DNA of 64,000 nucleotides from positions 1-64,000 of IMG/VR virus record IMGVR_UViG_3300043446_005051, one strand, 5' to 3'. Every line of letters starts with the position of its first letter. Within the stretch, counting starts at the first letter, position 1. The position numbers were made by a program, and so were the translations under genes. A model generated the notes under the pieces. The model was not told where the DNA came from, ran no database searches, and saw nothing but the letters and a program-made list of their open reading frames with translations. Of the stretch, positions 1 through 11,527 are shown piece by piece. Source of the stretch: a virus.

Positions 1-572
1 TTATTGTCATCATCTTCATTCCGAATCGCATTCAGAATGTCGTCAAGTTCAATTTCATCAGTATCATTATTGTCATCATCTTCATTCCGAATCGCATTCA
101 GAATGTTATCAAGATCTTCTTCATTGATATTATCATCCTCATCAGTCTCATCAGTCTCACTATTGTTATTGTCATCATCTTCAGACTGCAGCTCATTCAG
201 AATAGCCTCAGCTTGCAATTCTTTCAGAATAGCATCAGCTGCATTCTCAAGTTTCTTAGTATTACTATATTCTGCGCGGCGGCTATCAGAATAGGCATCC
301 TTATCAGCGGAGCCCAGATTAACAATATCAAACCCAGTCGTGTCGATATATTCAACTTCCTGAACTTTCACAACTTCACGCTTAACATTAGGATTGTACT
401 GCAATCCTGCGATAATGTTATCAGCGAGATCTTCAATCTTTTCCATACGCTTAGCTTCACGAACTGCCTTAGCTCGCATAGAGCTATTGTAAACACGTCC
501 TTGATTCTGCATTTCTTTAACGCGAGCACGACGGGCTGCGAGCTGTTCGTTAGTCTTTGTAATGTTGGTCAT
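1..572 (-). CDS. Hypothetical protein with basic N-terminus and acidic repetitive C-terminus, truncated at window start (not in ORF track)
   Basis: ATG at 572 opens MTNITKTNEQLAARRARVKEMQ...; frame stays open to the window edge; LD(N/D)ILNAIRNEDDDN repeats with 66-bp period (1-40, 67-106); palindrome promoter at 685-709. Confidence 0.8.
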   Translation of the reverse strand, partial: MTNITKTNEQLAARRARVKEMQNQGRVYNSSMRAKAVREAKRMEKIEDLADNIIAGLQYNPNVKREVVKVQEVEYIDTTGFDIVNLGSADKDAYSDSRRAEYSNTKKLENAADAILKELQAEAILNELQSEDDDNNNSETDETDEDDNINEEDLDNILNAIRNEDDDNNDTDEIELDDILNAIRNEDDDN

Positions 573-1965
573 GATTAGAAAATCAAAAGAAGAGTAAATA
601 TAATTTATATAATTATAGCTACGCCACACCCTCATTGCTGAGGTTTCCCCATTATAGCCACTATAAATTGCAACCGCGAGCTATAGTGGCCACTTGCACA
701 ACTGGCACAATTTTGAATAATTATAGCGGCGAAGACTGAATCAAAGACTTAACTTTATCCATCAGAATTGATGTTTCCTCATATTCTTTCTCAACACGAG
801 TTTTGAATTCTTTATCATAATCACTTGCATTCATCAAATCCACTTCTACAATATCTCTCAAACAAACGAGGGAAATAGAAATCAAATTGAGTTCTTCAGG
901 AGTGAACATAATGAATGAAAAGAAGAAAGAAAAGAATAATTTATAGAAATTATCTATTTCTTATGCCCACACCCTGGGGCTCTACTATAATACCACACTT
1001 TAATCGTTGTGCTCATTTATTGTGCCAGTTACACAACTGGCACATCAACTATTCAATATGCCAATTCTTTCTCCTTAAGATACAATTCATAATTAAAATT
1101 AACCATAGCTTGAATCTTATTTGATTCTTCAGGATACTTTTCTTTCAATGCTTTAAGTGCTGCATTGTAAGAGTTTTCCCATTCATTATACATCACCTTT
1201 GCATCAATATACTTACCCGAATGAATAGGATTTGCTTCCATTTTATCAAGGTAATAATCTTGCTTTTTAAGAGAATAAACTAGAGAATTGTAAAAGTCAT
1301 TGATATTACAATCAAGAAAGAAAGAAGAATCAAGTGACATAATGAATGAAAAAGAAGAGTGAAATTAACTAATTAAACTGAATTGTTATTTCAGATAGTA
1401 ATTACCTCCACATTGTACTTGTAGACATACTTAATCACCAGTGAAATGTACTGATAAACATTCACAATCACTGCAGTGATTGGTGCAAGAATAACAATAG
1501 GCTGATTCTGAATGTCCTGAGTAGACTTATCTGAAATAAGAATGATTTGTTGATATACCCAAACAATACCATCAATCAGTTTATTTGTATATTTCCTTGC
1601 AATCATACCTGCAAGATAAACAATACAGCAGGTTTTGATGATTGCATTCTTAATGTTATCTCGATTATTGTAGACATACTCTGCAATAATCAATGCAAAT
1701 GCAATCGCAATCTCCGTTATAAGAAATGCGATTTTAAGTGCATTTCCTGTCTTATTCTTAACGCTCACCCAATCAATAGAAGAAATAACAGACTGAAAAG
1801 AATTAAAGAAGTTCATAAAAGAAAAGAAGAAAAGTGAATATAATTTATAGAAATTATCTATTTCTTATGCCCACACCCTGGGGCTCAACTACAATAGCAC
1901 ACTTTAATTCCCTTGGATTTGCTATTGTGCCAGTTTCACAGGTGGCACAATAGGGTTTATTATAT

Positions 1966-2242
1966 TTGACAACTTAATGTTGCTGTGATATAATTATATC
2001 AGCCCTGGACGACCATAAAAATAAACATAAAAGAACGCATAAGATTGCGCAAGAATAAACATAAAAGAACGCATAAAAATAAACAATTACTAAAGAATTA
2101 AAGAAGCACATATAATCATTTTTTTAACCATTTTATCACTCACTATAATCATAACAAATCAACATTTTATCACTCACTATAATCATAACAAATCAACATT
2201 TTATCACTCACTATAATCATAACAAATCAACATTTTATCACT
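1966..2242 (+). repeat. Plus-strand sigma70 promoter followed by two sets of 34-bp-period direct repeats; candidate replication origin
   Basis: TTGACA-N17-TATAAT at 1966-1994; ATAAACATAAAAGAACGCATAA at 2021 and 2055; CATTTTATCACTCACTATAATCATAACAAATCAA x3.3 at 2129-2242. Confidence 0.8.
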
Positions 2243-3053
2243 AATTAAACTTTAATCGAGATTTAATAAAACTCAAATCATATAATACTTCATTCAAAAT
2301 ATCTACATCACAACACTTATCATCAACAGTAGCATTCCAATAATTAAAGACTTGTTCATCATATTGTGACAATTCATTTAATGCGGATTCAATTTGTTGT
2401 TGAATAAACATTGGATGAGAAGAATGATAAACCATTTTTATAGAATAATAATTGAACTCTCAATCAAGGCAACCATATTCATTCAGAAAACCTGCACACC
2501 ATTTGCCATCAGAATAGCAACCAACATAAAAGTTTCCAATAGCAAAACCGAATGATTCATCACCACAATCAGTATCATTTACAGGTTGAGAAGTATTATT
2601 ATTCCAACCAAGATAAAGAAAGCCAATATGAATATGGCCATAATTGGAAGTGAGATTAAAATTGTTCATGATGAGAGAGAGAGAAGAATAAAGAATGGAA
2701 TGAAAAGACTATATTAAATTAAATAATAACTTTCTTAGTGTAAGGCTCACTGCGAATCTGCCACTTTTTAACATTAGGATAACTAGATGCAATATCGTGT
2801 CCTTTCTTTAGTGCCCAATGGTTAATTTTTTTATATGTACCAACTAAACCATTCATCAGAATAACATTATGATCATGATCCTGAACTTGAATGTAGAGAG
2901 TTTGCATCACAAAAAAAGAATAAAGAATTAAATTGTACTCAGGATAAACTGAGCACTCATCTACAATAGCATAGATTAAGTGCTCTGGATTCTCTAGTGT
3001 GCCACTTGTACTTTTGGCACACTTTTGAATCATTATATCTGTAGAATTATTCT

Positions 3054-3449
3054 TTACCTCATATAAAGATAGCTTCCACTCCAATCTGCATAATTATAAC
3101 ATTTATCACGCGAATCTGCATTCAATAGATTATATCGAACACCTTTGGCGGGAGCATTAAAAGATGCGGGCTTAAATACATTTCCGTTCATTTTATCAAT
3201 AAAACAATGAACAGATTTGGCGCCATAGGTAATAAGAACAACTTTCAGATATTTTCTACCTTCATCAATTTCAACATCGAAATTATAATCATAAGTTCCA
3301 TTACGAATACTTTCCAGACATTCTTTATGATGAGATGATTCAGGTGTTTTCTCTAAACAATTTTGATAAGATTTCATCTTATAATTCTTAAAATCTTCCT
3401 TAATAGATTCACAAAGAAGTTGTGAATAATGAAAAACTTCAGATGTCAT
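3054..3449 (-). CDS. Conserved phage hypothetical protein
   Basis: GRKYLKV...SVHCFIDK..GNVFKPASFNAPAKGVRYNL motif, recognised as common in T4-like cyanophages. Confidence 0.7.
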   Translation of the reverse strand: MTSEVFHYSQLLCESIKEDFKNYKMKSYQNCLEKTPESSHHKECLESIRNGTYDYNFDVEIDEGRKYLKVVLITYGAKSVHCFIDKMNGNVFKPASFNAPAKGVRYNLLNADSRDKCYNYADWSGSYLYMR

Positions 3450-3600
3450 GAGAGAAAAAAAGAAAAAAGAACTTAATTCTATAATTATTATTGTCTATTT
3501 CTTTGTGCTATAGAAGCACTCAACTACAATAGCACACTTTAAGTTCTCTGGATTGTTTAGTGTGCCACTTGTATTTGTGGCACACTTTTCAATAATTATA
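3450..3600. repeat. ~151-bp direct repeat copy 1 (promoter plus leader block)
   Basis: Identical to 4186-4337 except for one A in a homopolymer. Confidence 0.95.
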
Positions 3601-3602
3601 CT

Positions 3603-4181
3603 TTATGAAGAAAACCGCTTCAAACAAATTGGACCAATTCCCAGAGCAATAGAAATTGCATCGGACAATTCACGATTACATACAGAACAGCAACCTGTTT
3701 CATGACCATATACTTTAGCCAATTCAAGAAGATTTTCATTTGCATCTTCTAACAGATTCAAAATATCTTCGTTCGATTGATTAAATTGTGCAATTCCGTC
3801 CTTTGTAATTTTACCTACATAATTCTTATTCTCGAAAATATAAAGTCCGCCCTGATTGATTCCATTTGGAATAGTACAGACCGAAACATTAAATGGCAGA
3901 TTCAAATTAAACTTACGATTTGGTGATTTCACACCCTTATACATCTTTTCAACCAATTCTTTATATGGACCAATTTCAGGTTCCTTAAATAACTTATTCA
4001 CTTCTTCAGTCGCAAGATAGTGCATCCACGACATCTGCGAATCCGAAGGATTGACTGCAGAAAGTAAAGAAAGAATGAATTGATTAGTTGAATTCAAACC
4101 AATCAGAAAGCTTTTGACTTCATCTATATCATCAAAAGCAGATTCAAACTCAATAACTTGTCCCTTGCGTGTGATGTTCAT
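3603..4181 (-). CDS. DUF6011-like Zn-binding domain protein
   Basis: C-terminal CSVCNRELSDAISIALGIGPIC motif. Confidence 0.75.
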   Translation of the reverse strand: MNITRKGQVIEFESAFDDIDEVKSFLIGLNSTNQFILSLLSAVNPSDSQMSWMHYLATEEVNKLFKEPEIGPYKELVEKMYKGVKSPNRKFNLNLPFNVSVCTIPNGINQGGLYIFENKNYVGKITKDGIAQFNQSNEDILNLLEDANENLLELAKVYGHETGCCSVCNRELSDAISIALGIGPICLKRFSS

Positions 4182-4185
4182 TGTA

Positions 4186-4337
4186 GAGAGAAAAAAAAGA
4201 AAAAAGAACTTAATTCTATAATTATTATTGTCTATTTCTTTGTGCTATAGAAGCACTCAACTACAATAGCACACTTTAAGTTCTCTGGATTGTTTAGTGT
4301 GCCACTTGTATTTGTGGCACACTTTTCAATAATTATA
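4186..4337. repeat. ~151-bp direct repeat copy 2
   Basis: Near-identical to 3450-3600; the two copies bracket the 3603-4181 gene. Confidence 0.95.
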
Positions 4338-6955
4338 TCACGCCATCACAACTTCCTCTTCATTTTCAATAACCATCTCGTCCTCGTTTTCACTATAATT
4401 AGTGTCCTCAACTTCATTCGACATAGAATTATTCACAAATTGAACATTCTCATCAGAAGTAATAGCACTCAGAATATCAAGAATCTGACTACCATTATTG
4501 CCACGACGCAGCATGGACAGATAGAGTTCGCGAGTCATTTCCATTTGTATAAAGATTAAGAAATTAAAGTTGAATAAATGTGGAGTGTCTTTATAGCGCC
4601 GCTGCCATTGCGCGCTGATTTAATTATTCACCCCATTGAATATAAAGAGTAGTGTCAACTCCAATACTTTGTTTCCTATTCTTATAAGATTTCACTCCAG
4701 TTACGATAACATCAAAAATATCTGCATAAGAATCTTCGTCAACTGGAGCGGTATAATTATATCCATCAAAACACTTGACTTCAATATCTTCACCCAGTTC
4801 AGCTTTTGCTTTATTCAAAAGAACAAGAAGTTCAGAGAGTTTCATAATAAAAAGAAATTGAAAATTGTTTGAGGCTTGAATACATTAGCACACTAGGAGG
4901 TGCTCTGGATTTTCTAGTGTGACACTTGTACAACTGGTCCATTTTCAAATAATTATTTCACTGAGGTGGATATAAATCCATTGCTTGATCAATCAAATCA
5001 TCAAGTTTCTCTATTCCATTAAAACCTGTACCACGAACATTCAATAAATGAGAAGGATAAAACTTCTCCCCTGTTTCTTTCGTCCAAGGTGTTCCGTATT
5101 GTCTTAGTGTAAGTAATTCCAGATTTTTTTGTTCCTTAATCCAACGATAACGATTTGCATCTTTGAGTAATTGGTTATACTCTTCTTTTGAAATGTTCAT
5201 AATGAGCAAAAATCAATGATGAATTGGAATAATCAATAAAGATTACTGAAAGATCCACACCATTTACGAACCCAATCAAGTGTCTCGCTATAACTATTTC
5301 GAGGCGATGATGCAGTCATACTACAATTTGAACGAGGATTGTATGCAATAGCAACATATTGATTATCACATTCTTTATCTGTAATTTGTTGAATCCACAT
5401 CTGATTCATTTCACAATCTTTATAGTTCCAGGGCGAAACATTGTAATAGAAAATTGGTGAAACAATAGAATAATCAGACATTACAAAAGAAAGAATAAAG
5501 AATTAAATTGTGCTCAGGATAAACTGAGCACTCAACCACAATAGCACACTTTAAGTGTGCTGGATTTGTTAGTGTGCCAGTTTCACGACTGGCACAATTT
5601 TCAATAATTATACAATTTCATAGAAGACTTCTTCTACACACCAACCTGTTTCATCTGTGATTACATCTGCAATCTCATCTTCGCAATCTACAGTGTAAAC
5701 TTTATCCAATACAGATTGAATCACTTCATTTTTATATGATTCAGTCAGTTCTTCCTCTTCTTCTACAGTAAACCCATAATCATCATTGAAATCAAACTTA
5801 ATTTCAGTAACTTTGAGTTGAATCATGACAAAGAAAGAATAAAGAATTAAATTGTACTCAGGATAAACCGAGCACCTAACCACAATAGCACACTTTATGT
5901 GCTTCAGATTCTCTAGTGTGCCACCTCTACAAGTGGCACATTTTTGAATAATTATTCAGGAATAAATTGTGATTTCAATTCTCGAATCAAAATAAGAGAG
6001 TAATCAAATCCCTCTTCAATTTGAAGATGCTCTTTATATTTTTCAGCCTCAGATAGACTTTCAAAAAGTTCAAGACTCGAAGCTGTTTGTCCTTCGTAGT
6101 CTATACCACCAACAACACAGTAAACTTTCATTGTTTTAATAAATCAAAGAACAGGATTGAGATAATTAAGAAAATGAGAACCAACTTTACATTTGGGAGT
6201 TTCGGTATACTCACAGATAATTACTTGATTCAATTCAAGTTCATCATTGACTATAAAATTATAACTTCCATTCTCTTTAATTTTTCTTTCAATAACTTGT
6301 GCAAACTCTTTCGTTACACTACAGGTATGATGACACCTTGAAGAGTTTTTATATTGAATGCAGAAATTGATGGTTGCAAATGAGAGTTCCATTTAATGAG
6401 AATCAGTGAGAATTACATAATTCAAATCAATGATATTTGCTCCAATTTCTTGAGAAATCAATTCAATGAGATTCTCTTCACTTTGTACATCATATGTACG
6501 AGATAAAATACTTTTTAATACTTGTTCAGATAGATTTACTGAACATTTAATATCTGTGATTCGATAATACATTCTATTCATTTCGTGAGAGGTATCTATA
6601 AGAGCCTGGAAGACCTATTAAATAGTTTATAGGTCTCCCAGGTTCACAATAGTTTTTATAAGGCTTAAATCTTCGCCTGAGCTTTCTGAATAGCAGCAGT
6701 GACAGAAGTCAGAATGCTTTTAACAATACCTTTGCGGTCTTTCACAACATAAACAATTCGTTCGGGATCAATTTCATTCTTAAACATTGCACGATGCTCA
6801 GGCGTCAGATTCTTAAATTGAACAACTTGAGTGAGCATAAGAAATAGAAAAGAAATTAAATTGTACTCGAAACTCCGAGCACTCATCTACAATAGCATGG
6901 ATTAAGTGCTCGGGATTCTCTAGTGTGCCAGTTTCACGACTGGCACATTTTACCC

Positions 6956-7642
6956 TCATTTTGCCGCGCTAAGTGCTCGATTATTTGATGTACCCGAAGC
7001 CTGACGGTTCAGTGATACTGTAGATCCAACACTTGAACCTGCAACTGCACCTGCACCATAAGCAGATTTCATGTTTGTCTTTTTATTAAATCGAACCATT
7101 GCCAACTTATTCTTTACTGCATCAGCATGGTCGTGAATCCTATTTTGTTCTTTCTTCATCTCTTTCAGTCGAGATGAAATAGTATCTGCAAATGCTTTTG
7201 AAAATTGAGTCTTAAACCCACGATTCACACTTGAACCAGTAAGAGAAGAAATAACTTTTTCTGCGGCATATGCTTTATCTGCTTCTTTCTTCATTACATC
7301 TACAAGATATTCATAATAAAGTTTCGTTTGTATCTGTTGAGCTTCACTTCCAATAACTTTAAGTGATTTATCTCCAGATGCAGAAGTATAAATATAAGCC
7401 TTTGCATCATAGAAAGATGCTACAGCATTTAGAATCAGAGCATAAGCTGCATTCATTTTCTTAAATGCAAGAAACTCTTCATCTAATACTTGTACAGAAG
7501 TTGCTTCTTCCATTGTAATACCATATTTGGCACACAATTTATCAATCATATTTGCTGCAACTTCAGCTTCATTCTCAAAATTAGTTCCTTCCTGAAGTTT
7601 CAGAAGAGATTGAATCTTGTCAATAATTTGTTGACGGTTCAT
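6956..7642 (-). CDS. DUF2786 domain protein
   Basis: N-terminal IIDKIQSLLKL...NEAEVAANMIDKLCAKYGI; C-terminal AYGAG..AG..VSLNRQ. Confidence 0.8.
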   Translation of the reverse strand: MNRQQIIDKIQSLLKLQEGTNFENEAEVAANMIDKLCAKYGITMEEATSVQVLDEEFLAFKKMNAAYALILNAVASFYDAKAYIYTSASGDKSLKVIGSEAQQIQTKLYYEYLVDVMKKEADKAYAAEKVISSLTGSSVNRGFKTQFSKAFADTISSRLKEMKKEQNRIHDHADAVKNKLAMVRFNKKTNMKSAYGAGAVAGSSVGSTVSLNRQASGTSNNRALSAAK

Positions 7643-9053
7643 TGTAAAATGAAAAGAGAAAAGAACTTAATTGTATTTAATATAATAATTTACATTTCGT
7701 ACTCGACAAACCGAGCACCCAACTACAATAGCATAGATTAAGTGCTCTGGATTCTCTAGTGTGCCACCTCTACAAGTGGCACAATTTCAATTTACTATTT
7801 TGGAATGAATCTCTTTGAGAGTAATGTTTACAACACTAACTCCAATGTCAATCACATTAGAAATGCCACTCAATCCGATAGCAGCAACAGCAAATCCAGT
7901 GAAAAATAGTTTCATAATAAATCAAGCAGCAAGAACAAGAGTTGCAATTCTTTCTTCGGGTGTCATTTTGTTGAGCTTATCGCTTATAGAATCAAATTGA
8001 TCGATAATTTTGTGATAGTATTCAGAAAGATGAAACTTTCCAGATTCTTCTGCAATTTCTGCTTTATCTTCCAAAGCAGAAATAATATCAAAAATCTCGC
8101 CAGAAGTGAAGGAAAGGCTAGTCATTTTGATTAGAAAAAAGAAAGAAAAAAGAAATAAAATCAGCGGATGGAAGAAATAACGCAATCATCCCAGGAATCT
8201 GGAATATAACGATGAATACGATTCAGTTTGGACACAAAATAAGGAATGTCTTCGGTATGAATATCAGTCAAGAGTTGAACATTTTGTGCAATTTCATTAT
8301 GAGTCCTCATACGCCGGAAATAACGATTCTCAGGAACATTGCGAAAAGTGTGTGACATAGTGTTTCTGAAAAGAAAGAACTTAATTGTAGAATTATTATT
8401 TAATAACGAGCCGACTCTTTCGAGCCTTTAATAGGATAGCACAGATTAAAGGCTGAGGATTCTCTAGTGTGCCAGTTTCACGACTGGCACGTTTTTAATT
8501 TATATATTTGGGGATTTGGGAATAAATGTGTGCGTGACACACCGTAAATAATAAATCCATTAGTAATGAGAACTTGAATAGCAAATACAAGTCGAATAAA
8601 TGCAACAATATCTGCCTCTCTTTTAGTTCTTCCACTTTTAGAACCTAAAGAATAACAAATATATCTCCACAATTTACTTAACATGACGAATAATTTCTTT
8701 GTTAATAACAACTCGATGACCTTCGGGCATCTTAGAAATAATATCCCGAGTCAGAATAGTTCCAGGATTATATTTACCCATAGGACGACTATGATTCTTT
8801 ACTTTTGGAATGTCTACACCTGGGCGAAACTTAGAAGAATCAGTATCATTTTTGAACTTTTCATCTCCACCATAACCATCATAAACTTTAGTGTTCATTT
8901 TGGGTGAAATTGCAGGCATTGTTAGAATAGCAGAAAAAACAACGAAAGGGTTTGGTACTGTGCCACTTTAACTTGTGGCACAGTAACTATTTGTTATACA
9001 AGTAGAGGATGAATAATAGGAACCAAACTTCAACAATGATTAGACAATCAAGT

Positions 9054-9479
9054 TCAACTAATACTGGAGACATTGTTTTTCTCTAGAATTGTTTCACAAA
9101 ATTGTTCGTGAGTCATTAGTTTTACATTTGGCCAAATTGTACGGATTTCATCTTGAAACTCGGATGAAAGATAAAAATCTTTTAGAGTCCAACCTGCATC
9201 TCCACACAATACAATGACTGCAGAATTATATTCATCAAAATTACGAACAAGATAATCTAATGTCATACATTCATATGGAATCTTTTGCTCTGCAGTTCCA
9301 CCTACATTTTGATATTTTAGTGAAACAAGAGTTGATTCTACGACTAGATCAATTCGATGTCGTTTTCCTGTTCTACCTGGACCAATCGAAACTTGTCGAT
9401 TATATGGAATCTCTGCCTCCGTGAGAAGAGATTCCATATATTTTTCGTAAGATGTTCCAGTAGTTGTGTCTCGTGTCAT
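9054..9479 (-). CDS. PD-(D/E)XK superfamily nuclease
   Basis: G..YE helix, HRIDLVV, SLKYQNVGGTAEQK motifs. Confidence 0.75.
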   Translation of the reverse strand: MTRDTTTGTSYEKYMESLLTEAEIPYNRQVSIGPGRTGKRHRIDLVVESTLVSLKYQNVGGTAEQKIPYECMTLDYLVRNFDEYNSAVIVLCGDAGWTLKDFYLSSEFQDEIRTIWPNVKLMTHEQFCETILEKNNVSSIS

Positions 9480-10273
9480 TTTCTTTTGTTTTGATTTAGA
9501 ATTAGAGAAATACGATGAGTTTTTACTTTCTCTTTTGCATCGAGAAAACCTAGACTACACCCTAAAGATTTTTTATCTGGAGTATATGTATTCCAACATT
9601 TAACTGGCTTTTGATTATCATCAGAATAAACCCAGATTCCCTTGATAATCAAATAATTTTGGTAACGAACTGGAGATTGCTCACGATAAGCGTGAAATCC
9701 TGGTTTGAGTTTTGTTTTCATAAACGAAAAATCCAGTTTATTTGAAAAATGACTCTATATTACCTTTTAGTGATAATAAAGAGAATACCCACAATAAAGA
9801 GAACAAAAGTTGCGCTCATTGAAATTAAATAGGGACAAATACAACTTAGCAGGTCACCAGAAATAAATCCAGTGACCTTGTGTCAGTTTCAGAACTGAAC
9901 TTTATTCATAATTTCTTCCGCAAGTTCAGTTCCTACAACTCCAGAAATAAACTCCTCAGTTGCATCATCATCTTCACCTTCAGCAACCCAAATATCTTCA
10001 ATAAGCATATTCAAATCAACATCACCTTGACCTGGATTCATATCAAAAGATTGTTCCATCATTTGAATCGCATAAGAAATCAAATCATCATAGTCCATTT
10101 CAGAAACTACACGATAGCAATGTGCAGTCAGAAGTTCAGAAACTTGAGAAGAAGTAAGATTCATAATAAAAAAAAGAATTGAGGAGTCTCACCTCACCAT
10201 CAAACAATAGCATGGTTTCAGGTGAGGCGTGAGTATAATGTGCCAGTTCTACAAGTGGCACAAGGGCTATTGT

Positions 10274-11050
10274 TTATAGTTTGATGTATAAATGAGGATT
10301 AAATCCTGTATTAGTTCCAGGATATCCCGCAGGATTACATATCACTCTACAATCCCCAATTTTGTAATCAAAGAATGTATGTATGTGGCCATGTACAAAA
10401 TACTTAATCTGAGGATGACTTAGAATTAAATTATCCAAATCACTGCAATATGCGCTATTACAAGTTGCAGTCTTAAACTCATCTGCAACCGATTGATAAC
10501 TTGGAGCATGATGACCGATTACGAATACATTATCTTTCAGAGTTTCAAGTTGATTAAGAAGATAATTACGACTTTCAAGATGAAAGTTTAGAGTATCTTG
10601 TGCTCTCAATTTTCTATAATTAGTTCCAATACGTATCATTTTATAATCATTCATACATCTTTCAGCTTCCATCATTTCAATAGGATTTCCATTTCGGAAG
10701 TTAGTCCATAAAGTAAATCCAATGAAATGATAATCACCTATCGTTACAGTTTCATTTTCCATTAAATGGAAATTATCTGGAAGATGTTCTTTTATGGTTT
10801 TATGTACTCCTTCATAATTATAACCATAAAATTCATGATTACCTAGAACATAAAGAACTTTCTCATAATTCTTCGAACAATCACCTAAAAATCGCATATA
10901 AACATCTTTCAGAAAACCATTCTTTTTAAGATGCTTAGCGCAAAGAATGTCGCCTGCCAGAATCAGAATATCCCCTCGCCCAAGATGAGGGAATATCTGA
11001 CAAGCGTGATAGTGTTCTAGATGAATATCACTAATAACTTTAATTTTCAC
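10274..11050 (-). CDS. Calcineurin-like metallophosphoesterase
   Basis: SDIHLE, LAGDI, GNHE, GHHAP, HGHIH motifs. Confidence 0.92.
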   Translation of the reverse strand: MKIKVISDIHLEHYHACQIFPHLGRGDILILAGDILCAKHLKKNGFLKDVYMRFLGDCSKNYEKVLYVLGNHEFYGYNYEGVHKTIKEHLPDNFHLMENETVTIGDYHFIGFTLWTNFRNGNPIEMMEAERCMNDYKMIRIGTNYRKLRAQDTLNFHLESRNYLLNQLETLKDNVFVIGHHAPSYQSVADEFKTATCNSAYCSDLDNLILSHPQIKYFVHGHIHTFFDYKIGDCRVICNPAGYPGTNTGFNPHLYIKL

Positions 11051-11225
11051 AAAAACTCCACATCATAATCATCATGGAAAGATGAACAATAGCGATACGC
11101 AGAAAGTGCTACACCCTCTGAAATAATTCCACCAGTTTTAGTTGAAAACCATTCTCCATTCTCATTGATGGTATATGTGTGAGTCTCTTTAGAGAGGTAA
11201 TCAAAGACTTTGAATGGTTTAAGAT

Positions 11226-11384
11226 TCATTTTTGAAGTAGAAGCTCTTTAGTTACTTGTTTATGTTGATAATAGAGTTGAATCATCTGCTTTAATTTATC
11301 TCGAAGAAAATCAATGTCATTGCAGTTATCAATATCTCTCGAAAGTTTTTCAATTTCAAATTGAGAAGAAATATCAAGTGACAT
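11226..11384 (-). CDS. 52-aa helical protein resembling the NblA phycobilisome degradation adaptor (not in ORF track)
   Basis: MSLDISSQFEIEKLSRDIDNCNDIDFLRDKLKQMIQLYYQHKQVTKELLLQK; size and L..(S/E).QF...two-helix pattern recall NblA; stop overlaps next ATG. Confidence 0.45.
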   Translation of the reverse strand: MSLDISSQFEIEKLSRDIDNCNDIDFLRDKLKQMIQLYYQHKQVTKELLLQK

Positions 11385-11386
11385 AA

Positions 11387-11527
11387 TTATACTCCAAGTT
11401 TAGTTTTAAGAGCAGTTCTTCTCGATTTTGCATTTCTCAATGCTTGAGGTTTCTTTTTACCTTTAAGTTTACGAGAAGGTTTTAAGTTTGGTTTTTGATG
11501 TACTTTATGGTGATTAGATGATTGCAT
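11387..11527 (-). CDS. Small very basic hypothetical protein (not in ORF track)
   Basis: MQSSNHHKVHQKPNLKPSRKLKGKKKPQALRNAKSRRTALKTKLGV, directly after the promoter element at 11588. Confidence 0.6.
   Translation of the reverse strand: MQSSNHHKVHQKPNLKPSRKLKGKKKPQALRNAKSRRTALKTKLGV

Larger units (their letters stand above)
721..9721 (-). other. Array of small early hypothetical genes in single-gene promoter cassettes (e.g. 721-909, 1053-1340, 1391-1816, 2241-2435, 2460-2669, 4338-4544, 4624-4845, 4958-5209, 5233-5481, 5608-5826, 6144-6581, 7922-8358, 8478-8919, 9476-9721)
   Basis: Minus-strand ORFs tile the region between repeated promoter blocks; several track ORFs extend into the repeat and need downstream ATG starts. 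Confidence 0.7.

Noticed and set aside
1021-1044. Palindrome as a CRP or NtcA box
   Set aside because: It does not match TGTGA-N6-TCACA or GTA-N8-TAC in sequence or spacing
2129-2242. CRISPR array
   Set aside because: The 34-bp units are contiguous with no spacers, and there are no cas genes in the window
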